A stretch of 62,912 nucleotides of DNA, the filler included, from Octopus bimaculoides (lineage: Eukaryota), in NCBI RefSeq assembly GCF_001194135.2. It is 4 parts of 4 records of this genome, joined end to end, with 100 filler letters (N's around TTAATTAATTAA, not from the genome) between each part and the next. Parts side by side here need not be neighbours in the genome. Positions count along the whole stretch, not along the records: positions 58,050 to 62,912 come from NC_068994.1; 3 more parts are not named here. The stretch is one strand, 5' to 3'. The first letter of the stretch is position 1, and every line of letters starts with the position of its first letter. Positions 62,795 through 62,912 of this stretch are shown here, in pieces. The notes beneath the pieces are model-generated. The model did no database searches. It was not told the origin of the DNA and worked only from the letters and a program-made list of their open reading frames with translations. The position numbers were made by a program, and so were the translations under genes.

Positions 62795-62912
62795 ACTACT
62801 TATATATATATATATAAATACATATATACATATATATGTATATATGTATGTGTATGTGTGTATGCAGCCATCTGGTTCGCCAGTCCTCAGTCCTCAGTCT
62901 CTCTTTCTTTCT

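Overview
Eukaryotic, AT-rich, repeat-saturated draft-assembly DNA with many N gaps and three TTAATTAATTAA scaffold linkers. The SINE families, microsatellite load and linker style point to a coleoid cephalopod, probably Octopus (inference). I find no intact host protein-coding gene. Almost all ORFs in the supplied track are microsatellite or gap artefacts, or pieces of decayed transposons. Recognisable content: (1) a decayed Penelope-like element (PLE) reverse transcriptase at about 130-1220. (2) Several short elements carrying PLE-type minimal hammerhead-ribozyme (HHR) motifs, including a tRNA-headed SINE with an HHR in its tail, present as an inverted pair. (3) At least nine fragments of R4/Dong-clade non-LTR retrotransposons, nearly all embedded in (TAA)n tracts and stacked in two nests (26.5-33.2 kb, 52.7-56.8 kb), plus a non-coding TAA-tailed element. 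(4) CR1 and RTE LINE relics. (5) Mariner, Chapaev3-like, hAT-MITE and Helitron-like DNA-transposon relics. (6) More than 30 copies of three SINE families (called A, B, C here). (7) A promoter-like segment at 35.3 kb and a possible non-coding first exon ending at 37138. The most novel-looking signal is the PLE/hammerhead set of non-autonomous elements. All family assignments come from motif recognition by eye; no searches or folding programs were run.
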